Virus record (IMG/VR): IMGVR_UViG_3300044858_006017
Location: 1-56,150 of that record
Length of the DNA: 56,150 bases
Direction: 5' to 3' (one strand)
Origin: a virus
Lineage: Duplodnaviria; Caudoviricetes
Shown: positions 20,006 through 29,609 of the stretch, in pieces
Layout: every line of letters begins with the position of its first letter
Numbering within the stretch: the stretch's first letter is position 1
The notes under the pieces: model-generated
What the model saw: only the letters and a program-made list of their open reading frames with translations
What the model was told of the DNA's origin: nothing
The model's database searches: none
Position numbers and translations under genes: made by a program

Positions 20006-20204
20006 TTTCGTCCTGGGCTAATTGCGCTTTTGGCGCAGGGTTTAAAGCTTGTTCGATTATAGAAACCAACTCATCATCAATCTGATTATCGGTTTTTTTA
20101 GCAACTTGCTTTAACGTTAGCAACAGAACCTTTTCTATAACAGAGGAGGTTAGCAACCTCAGGCCTAAATTAATCAATGTTGTTACAATAATACTCGGAA
20201 CCAT
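19983..20204 (-). CDS. holin-like/lysis accessory protein
   Basis: Hydrophobic N-terminus, AKKTDNQIDDELV motif, next to endolysin. Confidence 0.45.
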   Translation of the reverse strand: MVPSIIVTTLINLGLRLLTSSVIEKVLLLTLKQVAKKTDNQIDDELVSIIEQALNPAPKAQLAQDENEQEQTR

Positions 20205-20214
20205 GAAACACCTC

Positions 20215-20607
20215 CTAGGGCAAATTACTCTCAAAATGACAAAATTCTTTAAAACTTTTCCACTTACCTGCCCACATTAAAGGCAGTTCCAAACCTTTTG
20301 CTAACTGTGCCAGCATTATAAACTTTCCAATACCCCAATCAGCTTTCTCATTTACCAAGAAAAACAGATCTACAGCTCTTCCGTGGTTATGGGCAGACCG
20401 TCCACCTTTAGCATTAGTTGCAATAGGCCCTGGTTTGCTCCGGCCTTGCTCAAATAAAGCGTTTTGTTCTTCAAATGAGCGGAATCCGGAAGCTACTTGC
20501 ACATTTAAACCTTTTGCATGGGCCTCTTTTAGTAACTTTTCAATAGCTACTTTAAAGCTAGGTTCTAGTTTTTTCAGTTTTTCAACTGAATACGGTTTTA
20601 AATTCAT
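20215..20607 (-). CDS. endolysin, M15-family L-Ala-D-Glu peptidase
   Basis: SGFRS.EEQ..L...GR, SAHNHGRAVD, HFE. Confidence 0.85.
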   Translation of the reverse strand: MNLKPYSVEKLKKLEPSFKVAIEKLLKEAHAKGLNVQVASGFRSFEEQNALFEQGRSKPGPIATNAKGGRSAHNHGRAVDLFFLVNEKADWGIGKFIMLAQLAKGLELPLMWAGKWKSFKEFCHFESNLP

Positions 20608-20861
20608 TACTTACCTCTCACAGAGATTTTTTCAATTTTAACCTCAGCATCGGAAATCCGTTTATCATGTTCTGTTAGTTTATTAACCACTACACGTAGG
20701 TCATTTCTAACCCCCTCAATACCGTTTGAGATATTATCCATTTTTTCCACGAGCTTTGCGCCGTGGGTGGCGACAATCTTCCATACCCCAAATAAAACAA
20801 TTAACAAAATCATAGAATTTGGGTCAAGTTTGTTAATAACGCTTAATGCTAGCTGTTCCAT
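20607..20861 (-). CDS. putative holin
   Basis: One TM segment plus coiled coil, directly upstream of endolysin. Confidence 0.5.
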   Translation of the reverse strand: MEQLALSVINKLDPNSMILLIVLFGVWKIVATHGAKLVEKMDNISNGIEGVRNDLRVVVNKLTEHDKRISDAEVKIEKISVRGK

Positions 20862-20869
20862 GACATCTC

Positions 20870-21070
20870 CTATGCTTTATATACCGGATTTTGTTTTTTA
20901 TTTCGCACTTCTTTTTCACGACATTCCCGACATTCTTCTTCAGTTTTACAGTTAGCACATTTATCTATAGGGTCGTTGTCTACTTTTAGCTTTCTAGCAG
21001 GGAGTTCCATAGCGTTCCCCCCTCCAGAGGCAGTTGTTTTAAATCTTGAAAATGCTTCCTTTAATTCCAC
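20870..21070 (-). CDS. small Cys-rich hypothetical protein
   Basis: CANC...CREC, in operon. Confidence 0.5.
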   Translation of the reverse strand: MELKEAFSRFKTTASGGGNAMELPARKLKVDNDPIDKCANCKTEEECRECREKEVRNKKQNPVYKA

Positions 21071-21071
21071 A

Positions 21072-21935
21072 TCAGCCTCCGTCCAAAGTTACGTCAATTC
21101 TTTCACTATCTTGCATATCAGCCTCAACCCTGTTCTTGGTATCGGCCACATCTCTAAACGTCACTGTAGCACTTCCCCCGCCATTGTCCACAATATTTGT
21201 TTTTCCTGCTTGGACAGCCAGAATAATACGTAACACCTCTGCAGCTGTTAAACCGCTTTCTATCACCTCTAACCACGGGTTTGCCGCAGCTCCTGATGAA
21301 TTTAAAAGTTCCCCCATAGTTCCGGGTTCATCGTTATCAATCGCTAAGGCCCCCCATACAGCAGCTGCTAGAGAGTTTGGGGAAAGAGGGGTATTTGAGT
21401 TAATGTCTGCAGAGATAGAGGCTGTAGCAAAGTTATTAGCAGATAATAAGCCTGTCCCGTTTAAGTTAGCTAGCATTCCTACTATCGCACCTAATTGAGC
21501 TGTAGTAATCGTTCCTGAAGCAGTTATAGCAGCCTCTAGGGCAGCTACTGCAGCTAAGGTAGCGGTTGTGGTGGTAATAGAAGCAGAGATATCTGCTAAA
21601 AGGTTAACTATTTGGTCTAAATCCGCATTGGTTAATGCTATCGCGGCGTCTAAGTTCGCCGTAAGATTTTTTCCTGCGGCTAGTTGTGCTGCTTGGGTTT
21701 CAATAGAACTGGAAAGGTCAGTATAGGAAGCTACTCCCCCGCCTGTTCTAGCGGGGTGCCATGCCGTAGGGTGGGTAGTCCCATTAGGAATAGAGGCATG
21801 GTCATTGAACGATGCATTCCGTACTGCAGGGTGTAGATTCCAACCACACTGGTCATTGAGCAGGTTACCGCCCATATACCTGCCCACCACTTTGAATCTT
21901 GAGTCATAATTACCTAATAAAGCCATACTTTTCAA
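21072..21935 (-). CDS. putative virion structural protein
   Basis: Ala/Thr-rich, AAAVW motif, late operon. Confidence 0.55.
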   Translation of the reverse strand: MKSMALLGNYDSRFKVVGRYMGGNLLNDQCGWNLHPAVRNASFNDHASIPNGTTHPTAWHPARTGGGVASYTDLSSSIETQAAQLAAGKNLTANLDAAIALTNADLDQIVNLLADISASITTTTATLAAVAALEAAITASGTITTAQLGAIVGMLANLNGTGLLSANNFATASISADINSNTPLSPNSLAAAVWGALAIDNDEPGTMGELLNSSGAAANPWLEVIESGLTAAEVLRIILAVQAGKTNIVDNGGGSATVTFRDVADTKNRVEADMQDSERIDVTLDGG

Positions 21936-23089
21936 CCCCAGGCTGTGTCGAGATGCCCGAAAAAGGCTGAGTTAATGGGTGTGGCTGCTCCATGATATAT
22001 TAACCAGTACAAGGCGGCTCCATCATAAATTCTAGGCATACTCGGTAGCTGATTAATTAAATCCCGTTCACATGCTACCCCGAGAGACACCAAAGGCAAA
22101 GTTAGTAGAGGTTTAACTAAACCTACACTGAATTCTCCAGATACATATGAAACAGATAATTGAATCTGCTCTATACTTCTGACTCCACCATCCCCTGCAG
22201 CCAAAGGAACGAAAGGGCCATACTTACCTGAGCCCGTCCCTGAGTAGAGGATTAGCCCGTTGGCCGCGGCCGTCTTCCCGATCGGGAGCGTGGCCGGTGT
22301 TGCTTTTCCAGCTGTTGCTACTGAGTTTGTGTATGAAGGCGTTGAGAGGGACGGTGTGGCAGCACCCATCGGAGTAGCGTTATTGGCCCACATTATTACT
22401 TGCAGCCCTGCTCCATCTGTGTAACGAGGGAGAAGTGTGTTTATGGTATGGGTCCCAGTCCCTGCATCAGTGATATTTATTGCCGTTCCTGCCACCGCAT
22501 TTGCATAAGAGGTAGCCAGTTTACAGGTAGTATCCGTGACCTTAATCACAAAATAGTTCGTAGCTGCAGATAATCCGGCCGGGAGAGTGGTTGTGGTGGA
22601 GACTTGGACGGTTGTGTAAGGCATTAGATTAATGTTTGAGTGGGTCAGAATGTCTGTCCCTGCATCTGCCGTAAAAGTAGAGAAAGAAGATAAAGTGTTG
22701 GCGGTATTTTGAGCTGTGGTTGTTGTAACAGAGGTCACCCTATAAAAACCCACCAAGTCCACGAGCATTAGCACTGCAGGGGTAGCTGTAGCTGCCGCAG
22801 TAAAGGCTGAGGCGTTTGTCAAAACCTTATAGTCCGGGGATACGTTTCCGCCGTGTTGCATACAGTTAGCGTTGGTGGTTGTATCCGATACGGGTTGAAA
22901 GGTTAGGTTAGTTCCGGTATTAAATAAAGAATCCGCTCCAGGGTTACCTCCCCCACGTGCTAAAAAAGACCATTCCCCTGCCACCGCTGCAGTGGTAGGG
23001 AGCATATTTTTGTTCCAGTCGATTCTTTTAAATTTGCCATTTGCGCTCATCTCACTAATTAAATCGTCAAAACTTGAAAATCCTGCCAT
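21932..23089 (-). CDS. putative virion structural protein (paralog of 23099 gene, with inserted domain)
   Basis: LPRYTDG and GPFVPLAAGDGGVRSIEQI shared with neighbour. Confidence 0.6.
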   Translation of the reverse strand: MAGFSSFDDLISEMSANGKFKRIDWNKNMLPTTAAVAGEWSFLARGGGNPGADSLFNTGTNLTFQPVSDTTTNANCMQHGGNVSPDYKVLTNASAFTAAATATPAVLMLVDLVGFYRVTSVTTTTAQNTANTLSSFSTFTADAGTDILTHSNINLMPYTTVQVSTTTTLPAGLSAATNYFVIKVTDTTCKLATSYANAVAGTAINITDAGTGTHTINTLLPRYTDGAGLQVIMWANNATPMGAATPSLSTPSYTNSVATAGKATPATLPIGKTAAANGLILYSGTGSGKYGPFVPLAAGDGGVRSIEQIQLSVSYVSGEFSVGLVKPLLTLPLVSLGVACERDLINQLPSMPRIYDGAALYWLIYHGAATPINSAFFGHLDTAWG

Positions 23090-23098
23090 TTTAGCTCC

Positions 23099-23965
23099 TT
23101 ATGCCCATGATGTTTCTATTAGGCCGTGTATTGGTACTGTCGCTAAAGTTCCGTTAGGACAGCATATAAAACTTAGAAAAGCGTCATCTTGGATGACAGG
23201 TGCTTGTATAAAATCTTTGAAGTAGTCTAACTCTACTGGGCCTGTTGCGCTTCTGATTTGTGATTGCGCTAAAGGTTTAACTAAAACAAAAGTTAGTAGA
23301 CCTACGTCGGTTACTCCAGGGAAAGTGATGCTTTCTATGCTTCTAACCCCCGTGTCCCCTGATTGTAAAGGAATGAAAGGGCCCCCGTAGTTAGGAGTGG
23401 CCTTAGCTGATGATCCTAGAGTCCCTACCACCGTCTGTTCGATAGTCAAATCGACTAAAGGTGTTACCCTACCTGAAACACCGCTCTGATTGGTGTATGT
23501 GCAGGTAAACTGGACACCTGCGATAGCTGAGCCGGGCGCTACCACTACAGGCATAATCTTAACCCCTTCCCCATCTGTGTAACGGGGTAAAGTAATGGTG
23601 TTATCCATCACCTGTTCATCATTTGATGACTCGTCCACGAACGGGTAATAAAGTAGATAGTCACAAAGAATAATAGGCATTGGGGAGATAGTTGCGGTAG
23701 CGCATATTGTGGTGAATTTTCGTAACACTTTTTGTTTTGGTGAAACAGTTAAGCCGTGATTGATCCCACCATCGGTAGAGTATCTCAACTGTGTCGCCTT
23801 GAGCGGGGAAGCAGCGTAGTATATAGGGCTAGGATTCCCGGGTGAGAGAGAAATATCAAACCATACCCCTTGGACGGTGGTCTGTGAGGGTGTTTTTCTC
23901 CATGAGCTTATTTTTCTAAATTGCTCATCTGCTTCGACTATGTTTAGTACTTTTCTAAAAGGCAT
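23099..23965 (-). CDS. putative virion structural protein
   Basis: LPRYTDG, GPFIPLQSGDTGVRSIESI. Confidence 0.6.
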   Translation of the reverse strand: MPFRKVLNIVEADEQFRKISSWRKTPSQTTVQGVWFDISLSPGNPSPIYYAASPLKATQLRYSTDGGINHGLTVSPKQKVLRKFTTICATATISPMPIILCDYLLYYPFVDESSNDEQVMDNTITLPRYTDGEGVKIMPVVVAPGSAIAGVQFTCTYTNQSGVSGRVTPLVDLTIEQTVVGTLGSSAKATPNYGGPFIPLQSGDTGVRSIESITFPGVTDVGLLTFVLVKPLAQSQIRSATGPVELDYFKDFIQAPVIQDDAFLSFICCPNGTLATVPIHGLIETSWA

Positions 23966-23966
23966 A

Positions 23967-24731
23967 TTATACTATTCCATCAAGTTTATTGGTATATTCA
24001 ATATAAGCATTAGATGCTTCTTCTGCAGTTTTAAAATAACCAAGATACTTTCTTTTAATTCCTCTACCAAAATTAACTACGGCATAGTATGGTTTTTTTG
24101 GACATCTTTTGTCAAAAAGAACTCCCCGATAACCACATCGTCCTTTAATATCTGTTCGAGCCTGAGCTTTTTTTGCCATTAACAATTTAGTGGTTTCTGA
24201 ATGATTTTTGCCAAACATGGGTTGTTTTTCAGTCGACAGTCCTTTATTCCACGGCTCAAATTTCTCACTTTGTTTATTTTCAGGTCTATCTATTATTTTA
24301 GATCTAATACCTATCTCTATTTCAGAGATTTTTTTTAAAGTTCGTCGAATATAAATTTTGAGTGATAATTTTTTTCCATATCTGGGTTGTTGAGTTTTTG
24401 GTAATCCTTTATTCCAAGCTCGTAACCCCCTATTACCAATATGTCCGCCAAATTGTCGATTATATCCTTTTTTTGGATTAGCGGAATCAAATTCTTTTAT
24501 TAATCTAGTTTCTTCTTGATCTAACGTTTTAATATCAGGACATTCTAAAATAACCTCAAATTCAAATGCCTCCTTTCCGTATTTATTATACGACGCTTGA
24601 AGGTGTTTATTTTGATGAGTATTGGTCCTCAATTTATCTTTATGCCCATTATCTATTCTCACTTTGATATTTAAAGTTTGACCGATATAAACCTTTTTGT
24701 TGACTAAATTTGTTATTTTATAAATAAACAT
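23967..24731 (-). CDS. GIY-YIG homing endonuclease with NUMOD3 and AP2 domains
   Basis: FIYKITN...VYIGQT, GYN, GKNHSETTK, YLGYFKTAEEASNAY; start moved to MFIY behind GGAGG. Confidence 0.85.
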   Translation of the reverse strand: MFIYKITNLVNKKVYIGQTLNIKVRIDNGHKDKLRTNTHQNKHLQASYNKYGKEAFEFEVILECPDIKTLDQEETRLIKEFDSANPKKGYNRQFGGHIGNRGLRAWNKGLPKTQQPRYGKKLSLKIYIRRTLKKISEIEIGIRSKIIDRPENKQSEKFEPWNKGLSTEKQPMFGKNHSETTKLLMAKKAQARTDIKGRCGYRGVLFDKRCPKKPYYAVVNFGRGIKRKYLGYFKTAEEASNAYIEYTNKLDGIV

Positions 24732-24750
24732 AAACGCCCTCCAATATTGC

Positions 24751-24777
24751 TTATCGGTAATATCAAAATAAACCTTA
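24751..24777 (-). promoter_or_regulatory. sigma28-type promoter of homing endonuclease
   Basis: TAAGGTTT-N11-ACCGATAA. Confidence 0.7.
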
Positions 24778-25182
24778 GTCCAAAACGAAGACCAGGGCAC
24801 CTGCAGCAAATTGCGGTTGAATACCGGTAGTTACACTAACTGAAGCTGTCAAAGCACCGGATACAATAATTGTTCCCGCACCTGAGGATGATGTAACGAT
24901 ACTTACGTGAGTACAAGTAGCTGAACCCGATGTGCAAACAGGAAACTGTTCGATATTTGCATTCTCAACAGTGGCCCCAGAGACTGTAAAATCGGATGCT
25001 CTGGTCATAGTTACCCTGGCATAACCGCCATAGGCAGCTTCGTTTGTAACTGCTGAGCCTGCCTCACCCGGATCAGACGTGTGAAGTGCAAGCCAAAGGT
25101 CGGTATTACCATCCCAGCTTACGTTTGTACCTTTAAAAATATAGTCGTTGATAGCGGTTTCCGCTGTATTACTGAAGCTCAT
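24775..25182 (-). CDS. tail/fibre-associated structural protein
   Basis: LALHTSDPGEAG...E..YGGYARV motif common in phage tail proteins. Confidence 0.65.
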   Translation of the reverse strand: MSFSNTAETAINDYIFKGTNVSWDGNTDLWLALHTSDPGEAGSAVTNEAAYGGYARVTMTRASDFTVSGATVENANIEQFPVCTSGSATCTHVSIVTSSSGAGTIIVSGALTASVSVTTGIQPQFAAGALVFVLD

Positions 25183-25203
25183 AAAGTCAATCCTTTCATA
25201 TAG

Positions 25204-25413
25204 TTACCACCCATTCGGAAAATACGAATTCCCCCCGCCTCCCCCACCTGCACTAGAAGCTAACCCCCAGGCAGAACCATCCCAATAATACAACTCCCCC
25301 GTTGATATTACAAGCCTTACATCACCTATTTCGTTATCTGTTGTAGGCAAGGAGACAACATTTGTAACCGGGGCTTTCCAATACTCTTCATCTGGAAGAT
25401 TAAAATTAGCCAT
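25204..25413 (-). CDS. small fibre-like structural protein
   Basis: LPTTDNEIGD...LYYWDGSAW motif, poly-Gly. Confidence 0.5.
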   Translation of the reverse strand: MANFNLPDEEYWKAPVTNVVSLPTTDNEIGDVRLVISTGELYYWDGSAWGLASSAGGGGGGNSYFPNGW

Positions 25414-25755
25414 TTATCCTCCCTTTATATGGGCATAACAGTTCACGGAAGTAGCTCCTGATGTTCTGTTTAAAACAACTCGAAGATAAGGTGCGGGCTC
25501 GATTTCGGTGAAGGTGAAGCTAAGCGTCCCACTCGATCCACTGATTGTCCTATCAGCACCAATTGGGAAGGAGATTAGGGTTTCATTTAAATCTTCGTTC
25601 AAAACTCTTTCGACATTCAGTGTCCCTGTAATGGAAGATGCCCATTCCAGACAAACAATCCAGGAATAGCAAAATCTTACATCCAAGAGTTTAGAATAAT
25701 TGTTTCCTGATGAAAGAATCTCATTTTCAAAAAGTTTTACGAGTTTTGATCTCAT
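25414..25755 (-). CDS. small beta-rich virion protein (paralog of 44169 gene)
   Basis: Same length (113 aa) and pattern as 44169..44510. Confidence 0.55.
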   Translation of the reverse strand: MRSKLVKLFENEILSSGNNYSKLLDVRFCYSWIVCLEWASSITGTLNVERVLNEDLNETLISFPIGADRTISGSSGTLSFTFTEIEPAPYLRVVLNRTSGATSVNCYAHIKGG

Positions 25756-25768
25756 TTTTCACTCCAAT

Positions 25769-25802
25769 AAAAAACCCCTAGGGCTCAAAGGCAACCTAGG
25801 GG
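25769..25802 (-). terminator. intrinsic terminator after major capsid gene
   Basis: CCCCTAGG/CCTAGGGG stem followed by T6 on minus strand. Confidence 0.75.
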
Positions 25803-25825
25803 AGGAAACACCTATTTTAAGTTAA

Positions 25826-27052
25826 TTAAAAGGACAAAATTCCATTCCATCCCGGTGCGTTACACGCAAGGTTCCCATAGAAATACGCGTAGAAGTTAAC
25901 TGCGTCGTTAGGGGCATCGCGCAAAATTACTTTTCCATCTTCATCGAAGAGGGATACAGGTTCGCCGATGGAGTGGAGAGCCCAGGTGTCTAGAGTCAAC
26001 ATCCAAGCATAGGCATTAGGGCAGTTTTGGTCAGGAAGAACTTTGATAGGGCCACGAGGGCCATTAACCACCAATCCTCGGAAACCGATACCTTCCATAG
26101 GCTCTACATCACAGTAAACTACTTTAGAAGAAAGGGATTTTTCCAGTTCAGCGTATTTCTTGAAGCTCAAGAAACAAGTGTCAGGTTTTCCACCTTCACG
26201 GGCAATTTTAGAGGCAAGGTCAATCAAAGCTTCTTCGATAGTTTGAGCGGATCCATCATGGCGTAGACCACCTAGACGAACAGAGTCGACACTTCGGTCA
26301 ACACCGTAGAAAGCAGCTGCAGAGGGGGCGGATGGAGGGATCCAATCCAAAAGACCAGCCATTCTAACACCACGGTCACCAGCTAAGAAAATGTAGTCGT
26401 TAGCCGCGATAGTTCCGGAAGCGTTGTAGGTAGCTGCAACAGTAATAGTTCCAGCAGACCGGTCAACAGCTGAGATTAAAGCTCCAGTAACAGAACCATC
26501 AAAATTTCTTTGGGTTCCTGCTGAAACTGCAGACCAGATATTAACCTTTTGCCCAACTTCGAAGTTGACTACGTCTTCAGGTTCTTTCAAAGTGATTACA
26601 GTAGTAGCCGCTTCAGTAGGCTCGGCATTAACCTGTCCAATCCACCCCTCTCGGCTTCGAAAAAGAGATGTGGCAATAGACCTTTCCAATGCATGGATAA
26701 TTCCATCGGTCTCAAGTTTAAGTGCTTCAACGTAAGCTGAGCTGTTTCCACGAGAAGCTTTTAAAGTCTCATGCTGAACTGCGCCGAAAGCGTAATCCGA
26801 TACACGTGTTAGGTTGAAGTCTACCAGTTTAGAGCTGGCAGCAGCTACCTGGGCGGCAGCTTCGGATGAAGATGCAGAACGGCTTTGAGGATTACCGTAT
26901 TTCAAAGGGATTACTTTGTATTTTCCACCAAAGTTTTTGTTTTTGCTAACCATGGCGAAAAAAGGGTTAGAGGGGTAGATCATACCTTGAATCAATTCAG
27001 GGGTATAAATCTCTTTTAGGATACTTTCTGCGTTCGTGTTATTTAAAGTCAT
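25826..27052 (-). CDS. major capsid protein
   Basis: 408 aa, follows scaffold-like gene, followed by terminator; LKEIY..., GLLDWIP, YGVDRS, YGNLAC.APG. Confidence 0.8.
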   Translation of the reverse strand: MTLNNTNAESILKEIYTPELIQGMIYPSNPFFAMVSKNKNFGGKYKVIPLKYGNPQSRSASSSEAAAQVAAASSKLVDFNLTRVSDYAFGAVQHETLKASRGNSSAYVEALKLETDGIIHALERSIATSLFRSREGWIGQVNAEPTEAATTVITLKEPEDVVNFEVGQKVNIWSAVSAGTQRNFDGSVTGALISAVDRSAGTITVAATYNASGTIAANDYIFLAGDRGVRMAGLLDWIPPSAPSAAAFYGVDRSVDSVRLGGLRHDGSAQTIEEALIDLASKIAREGGKPDTCFLSFKKYAELEKSLSSKVVYCDVEPMEGIGFRGLVVNGPRGPIKVLPDQNCPNAYAWMLTLDTWALHSIGEPVSLFDEDGKVILRDAPNDAVNFYAYFYGNLACNAPGWNGILSF

Positions 27053-27070
27053 TCTTTTTACCTTTTTAAA

Positions 27071-28039
27071 TTATTTCCAGCCGGTCATGGCGGATAGTTT
27101 TTCAATAGCTCGATTCACACCTTCTTGTTCGTTCACACGTTTTACCAACATTTTAATAGGCTCAGCGGTTCCGACTAAGGTGGTTCTAAGAGTTTTTGCT
27201 TTCGCGGGAGGTGTTGTAACTTTTACCTCAGGCTGTTTGTTGACGTCAGCCTTTGAAGTCTGGGGAGGAGCCTCTTTTACTCCTGTTCCTAGCTTCTGCT
27301 TTAACTTTTCTGTCTTCAAAAAAGCCATAGCCTGTGATTCGAGGTAACTTTCTACTTTTTCTAAAGCCTTGTCAAGAGGAATTATACTTCCTGTTTCAGA
27401 AAAATAGTCAGAAACCACATCAAAAACCATATCATAGGATTCAAGAGAGGAAATAAACTCATATTTTCCGTTACTTGAGTCTACTGCTGATTTAATTGAA
27501 GATTTAAAGGTATCAATTGTTTTTTGTGCTTCAGATTGTAGTTTAGACTCTTGCTCAGCCTTCAACTTCTCCTGGAGCTCCTGTTCGGCCTTATCTTTAG
27601 CTGATAACTTCTCCTCGAGCTCTTTTAGCCGGAGCTCAATAGGGGATAGCTCAGGTTCCGGTTCGGCCACGTCTTCCCCAAGAATAGACTCCAAAATATC
27701 GGAAGCATCCGCACCAAAATGTTTTAGGATCTTTAATGCGTTTGCCTTCGGGTCTTTTTTATATTCATTAATGGCATCCAGTTCCGATTTAGCTGGGTCA
27801 ATCTCCTGTTTAAGAGCCCGGAGCTCCTTTTCTTTCTGCATAAGCTGCTGTAGAGATTTATGAACCTTCCTTTCATAGGGGGCAGGCTCTTCTACAGGAG
27901 ATGGTGGAGCCTCTTCCTTTATCGCAACTACCGAGGATTCCTCGGCAACTGGGGCAGCTACTTCAGGCACAGAAACTTCACTAACTTCAGCAACTTGACT
28001 CTCTACAGTCATACATACTCCTAAACTTTTTCCCACCAT
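27071..28039 (-). CDS. capsid scaffolding protein
   Basis: Acidic Glu/Pro-rich N-terminus, coiled coil, immediately upstream of capsid gene. Confidence 0.65.
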   Translation of the reverse strand: MVGKSLGVCMTVESQVAEVSEVSVPEVAAPVAEESSVVAIKEEAPPSPVEEPAPYERKVHKSLQQLMQKEKELRALKQEIDPAKSELDAINEYKKDPKANALKILKHFGADASDILESILGEDVAEPEPELSPIELRLKELEEKLSAKDKAEQELQEKLKAEQESKLQSEAQKTIDTFKSSIKSAVDSSNGKYEFISSLESYDMVFDVVSDYFSETGSIIPLDKALEKVESYLESQAMAFLKTEKLKQKLGTGVKEAPPQTSKADVNKQPEVKVTTPPAKAKTLRTTLVGTAEPIKMLVKRVNEQEGVNRAIEKLSAMTGWK

Positions 28040-29415
28040 TGGGAATCGTCTGTTTTGTTGTTTATACCTTTATCCAATCTATTGAAGAACCTCTTAACAG
28101 GGTCAAGTTCTTCCTCTTCTTCCTCTTCATACAGGAAGTTATAGCAAAACCTCCAAGCATACAAGAAACTATCTGTGCAATGGTTTGCACATCCTGGGTG
28201 TTCCTTTCGTTTCTCGGCCCTCTCATCGTAGATCAGACTTCTCATTTCTTCAAGCAGAGGTTCCGTCTGCTGTGCCCAGATTTTTACCCGGCCTAAAACA
28301 AGCTCCGTATTTAACACATCGATAAACTTAAATTTATCAGTCTTTTCAGCAGAACGAAGGGGGATTCCATAACGCTGTTTGAGATCTTCCACCACCTGTT
28401 TTGATGCAGGGTCAGTGATGATAGCAAAGGGATTGTAGATTTTCTGGTAGTACTTAATACGGTTTGCCACGTCCTCCACGTTCATTTTAGGCTTTTTGTA
28501 TGCCTCCACTACGTGTAAAAGCTTGTCTGTATACCCCAATACCACAAAAGCGGAATCATCATTGTATCCTAAGTCCACCCCTAGAACATAGTTCTCGAAC
28601 TCAGGGGGTTCTTTAGGCTCCAGGTTTTTATCCGACATGTGATAAATCAATAACTCATCATTTATAACCCATTCAGCCAGATACATACGCCGAAAGGCTG
28701 GTGTTTCCACGATTCTGGGATTGGCTGCTATCATAGACTCCATGTCTTCTTTCCAGTTTGCGGCCATGTAGGGGTTGTCTGTAGTATTCCATTTATGTAG
28801 TGACCACACACGCTCCTTTTCCAACCCTAGGGTGATATCGTAGAATAGGCCTTTAGCGACATCTCCAGGAGTCCCTGTGAGACAGATTGTTCCTTTCTCA
28901 TCCGTGGTGGCTGGGAATAAAATCTGGTAGACAATCCGCCTTAAATCCTGCCTAAAAGAGGCAGCCTCATCGATTGCCACGAGTTTATACTTAGCCCCCA
29001 GATATTTTTCAGTCTCCTCCTCGGAGTCATCAGCCCCTGCAAGTCGGATCACCGACCCATTAGGGAGGGTAGCTGTCAGTTCCGTCCCATTAAACTCACA
29101 TCGAAGATTAAACTTTTTGTTGAGGTCTTTTAAAATATCTTTCCAAAAGATGTTTTTTACTGACCTTCTAGTCAAAGCCAGAATCAGAATATTGCATCCA
29201 GGAAAGTCTAAAGCCGTCTGATAGGCTAACCTACCGACACTACTCGATTTTCCAGCTCTGCGACTGCAGAATGCTGCTTTTAATCGGGAAGGGTCTTTAA
29301 TGAAGTTAGCTTGGGCTGGAAACTTTTCGTCTACCAGGCTTTTGGTCTGGGGGGACTGAATTACTATCCTGTTTTTCTTCTCGGTCTGGATTAGCTGCTT
29401 TACATATACATTCAT
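28021..29415 (-). CDS. terL: terminase large subunit
   Basis: Walker A SRRAGKS, Walker B VAIDEA, GTP, nuclease GVDLG and NHCTD. Confidence 0.9.
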   Translation of the reverse strand: MNVYVKQLIQTEKKNRIVIQSPQTKSLVDEKFPAQANFIKDPSRLKAAFCSRRAGKSSSVGRLAYQTALDFPGCNILILALTRRSVKNIFWKDILKDLNKKFNLRCEFNGTELTATLPNGSVIRLAGADDSEEETEKYLGAKYKLVAIDEAASFRQDLRRIVYQILFPATTDEKGTICLTGTPGDVAKGLFYDITLGLEKERVWSLHKWNTTDNPYMAANWKEDMESMIAANPRIVETPAFRRMYLAEWVINDELLIYHMSDKNLEPKEPPEFENYVLGVDLGYNDDSAFVVLGYTDKLLHVVEAYKKPKMNVEDVANRIKYYQKIYNPFAIITDPASKQVVEDLKQRYGIPLRSAEKTDKFKFIDVLNTELVLGRVKIWAQQTEPLLEEMRSLIYDERAEKRKEHPGCANHCTDSFLYAWRFCYNFLYEEEEEEELDPVKRFFNRLDKGINNKTDDSQWWEKV

Positions 29416-29596
29416 TATTAAAATCCTCTAAAGAAAGAGGGGAAGCAAACACAATATTATTGTCAGGAACCCAGGTTTCGTTATCAAGGAGAAATCCTCC
29501 TTTAACTCTTTCAATCCTAATTGGATGTTTTGAAGAGTTAAGTTCAGTATATGTACCTTTTCGGTGAAATATCCCAGCATGAAACTTAATATGCAT
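29306..29596 (-). CDS. hypothetical protein
   Basis: GAGG-preceded ATG at 29596, between GNAT gene and terL; overlaps terL start. Confidence 0.45.
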   Translation of the reverse strand: MHIKFHAGIFHRKGTYTELNSSKHPIRIERVKGGFLLDNETWVPDNNIVFASPLSLEDFNNECICKAANPDREEKQDSNSVPPDQKPGRRKVSSPS

Positions 29597-29609
29597 GTCA
29601 ATCCTCTCA

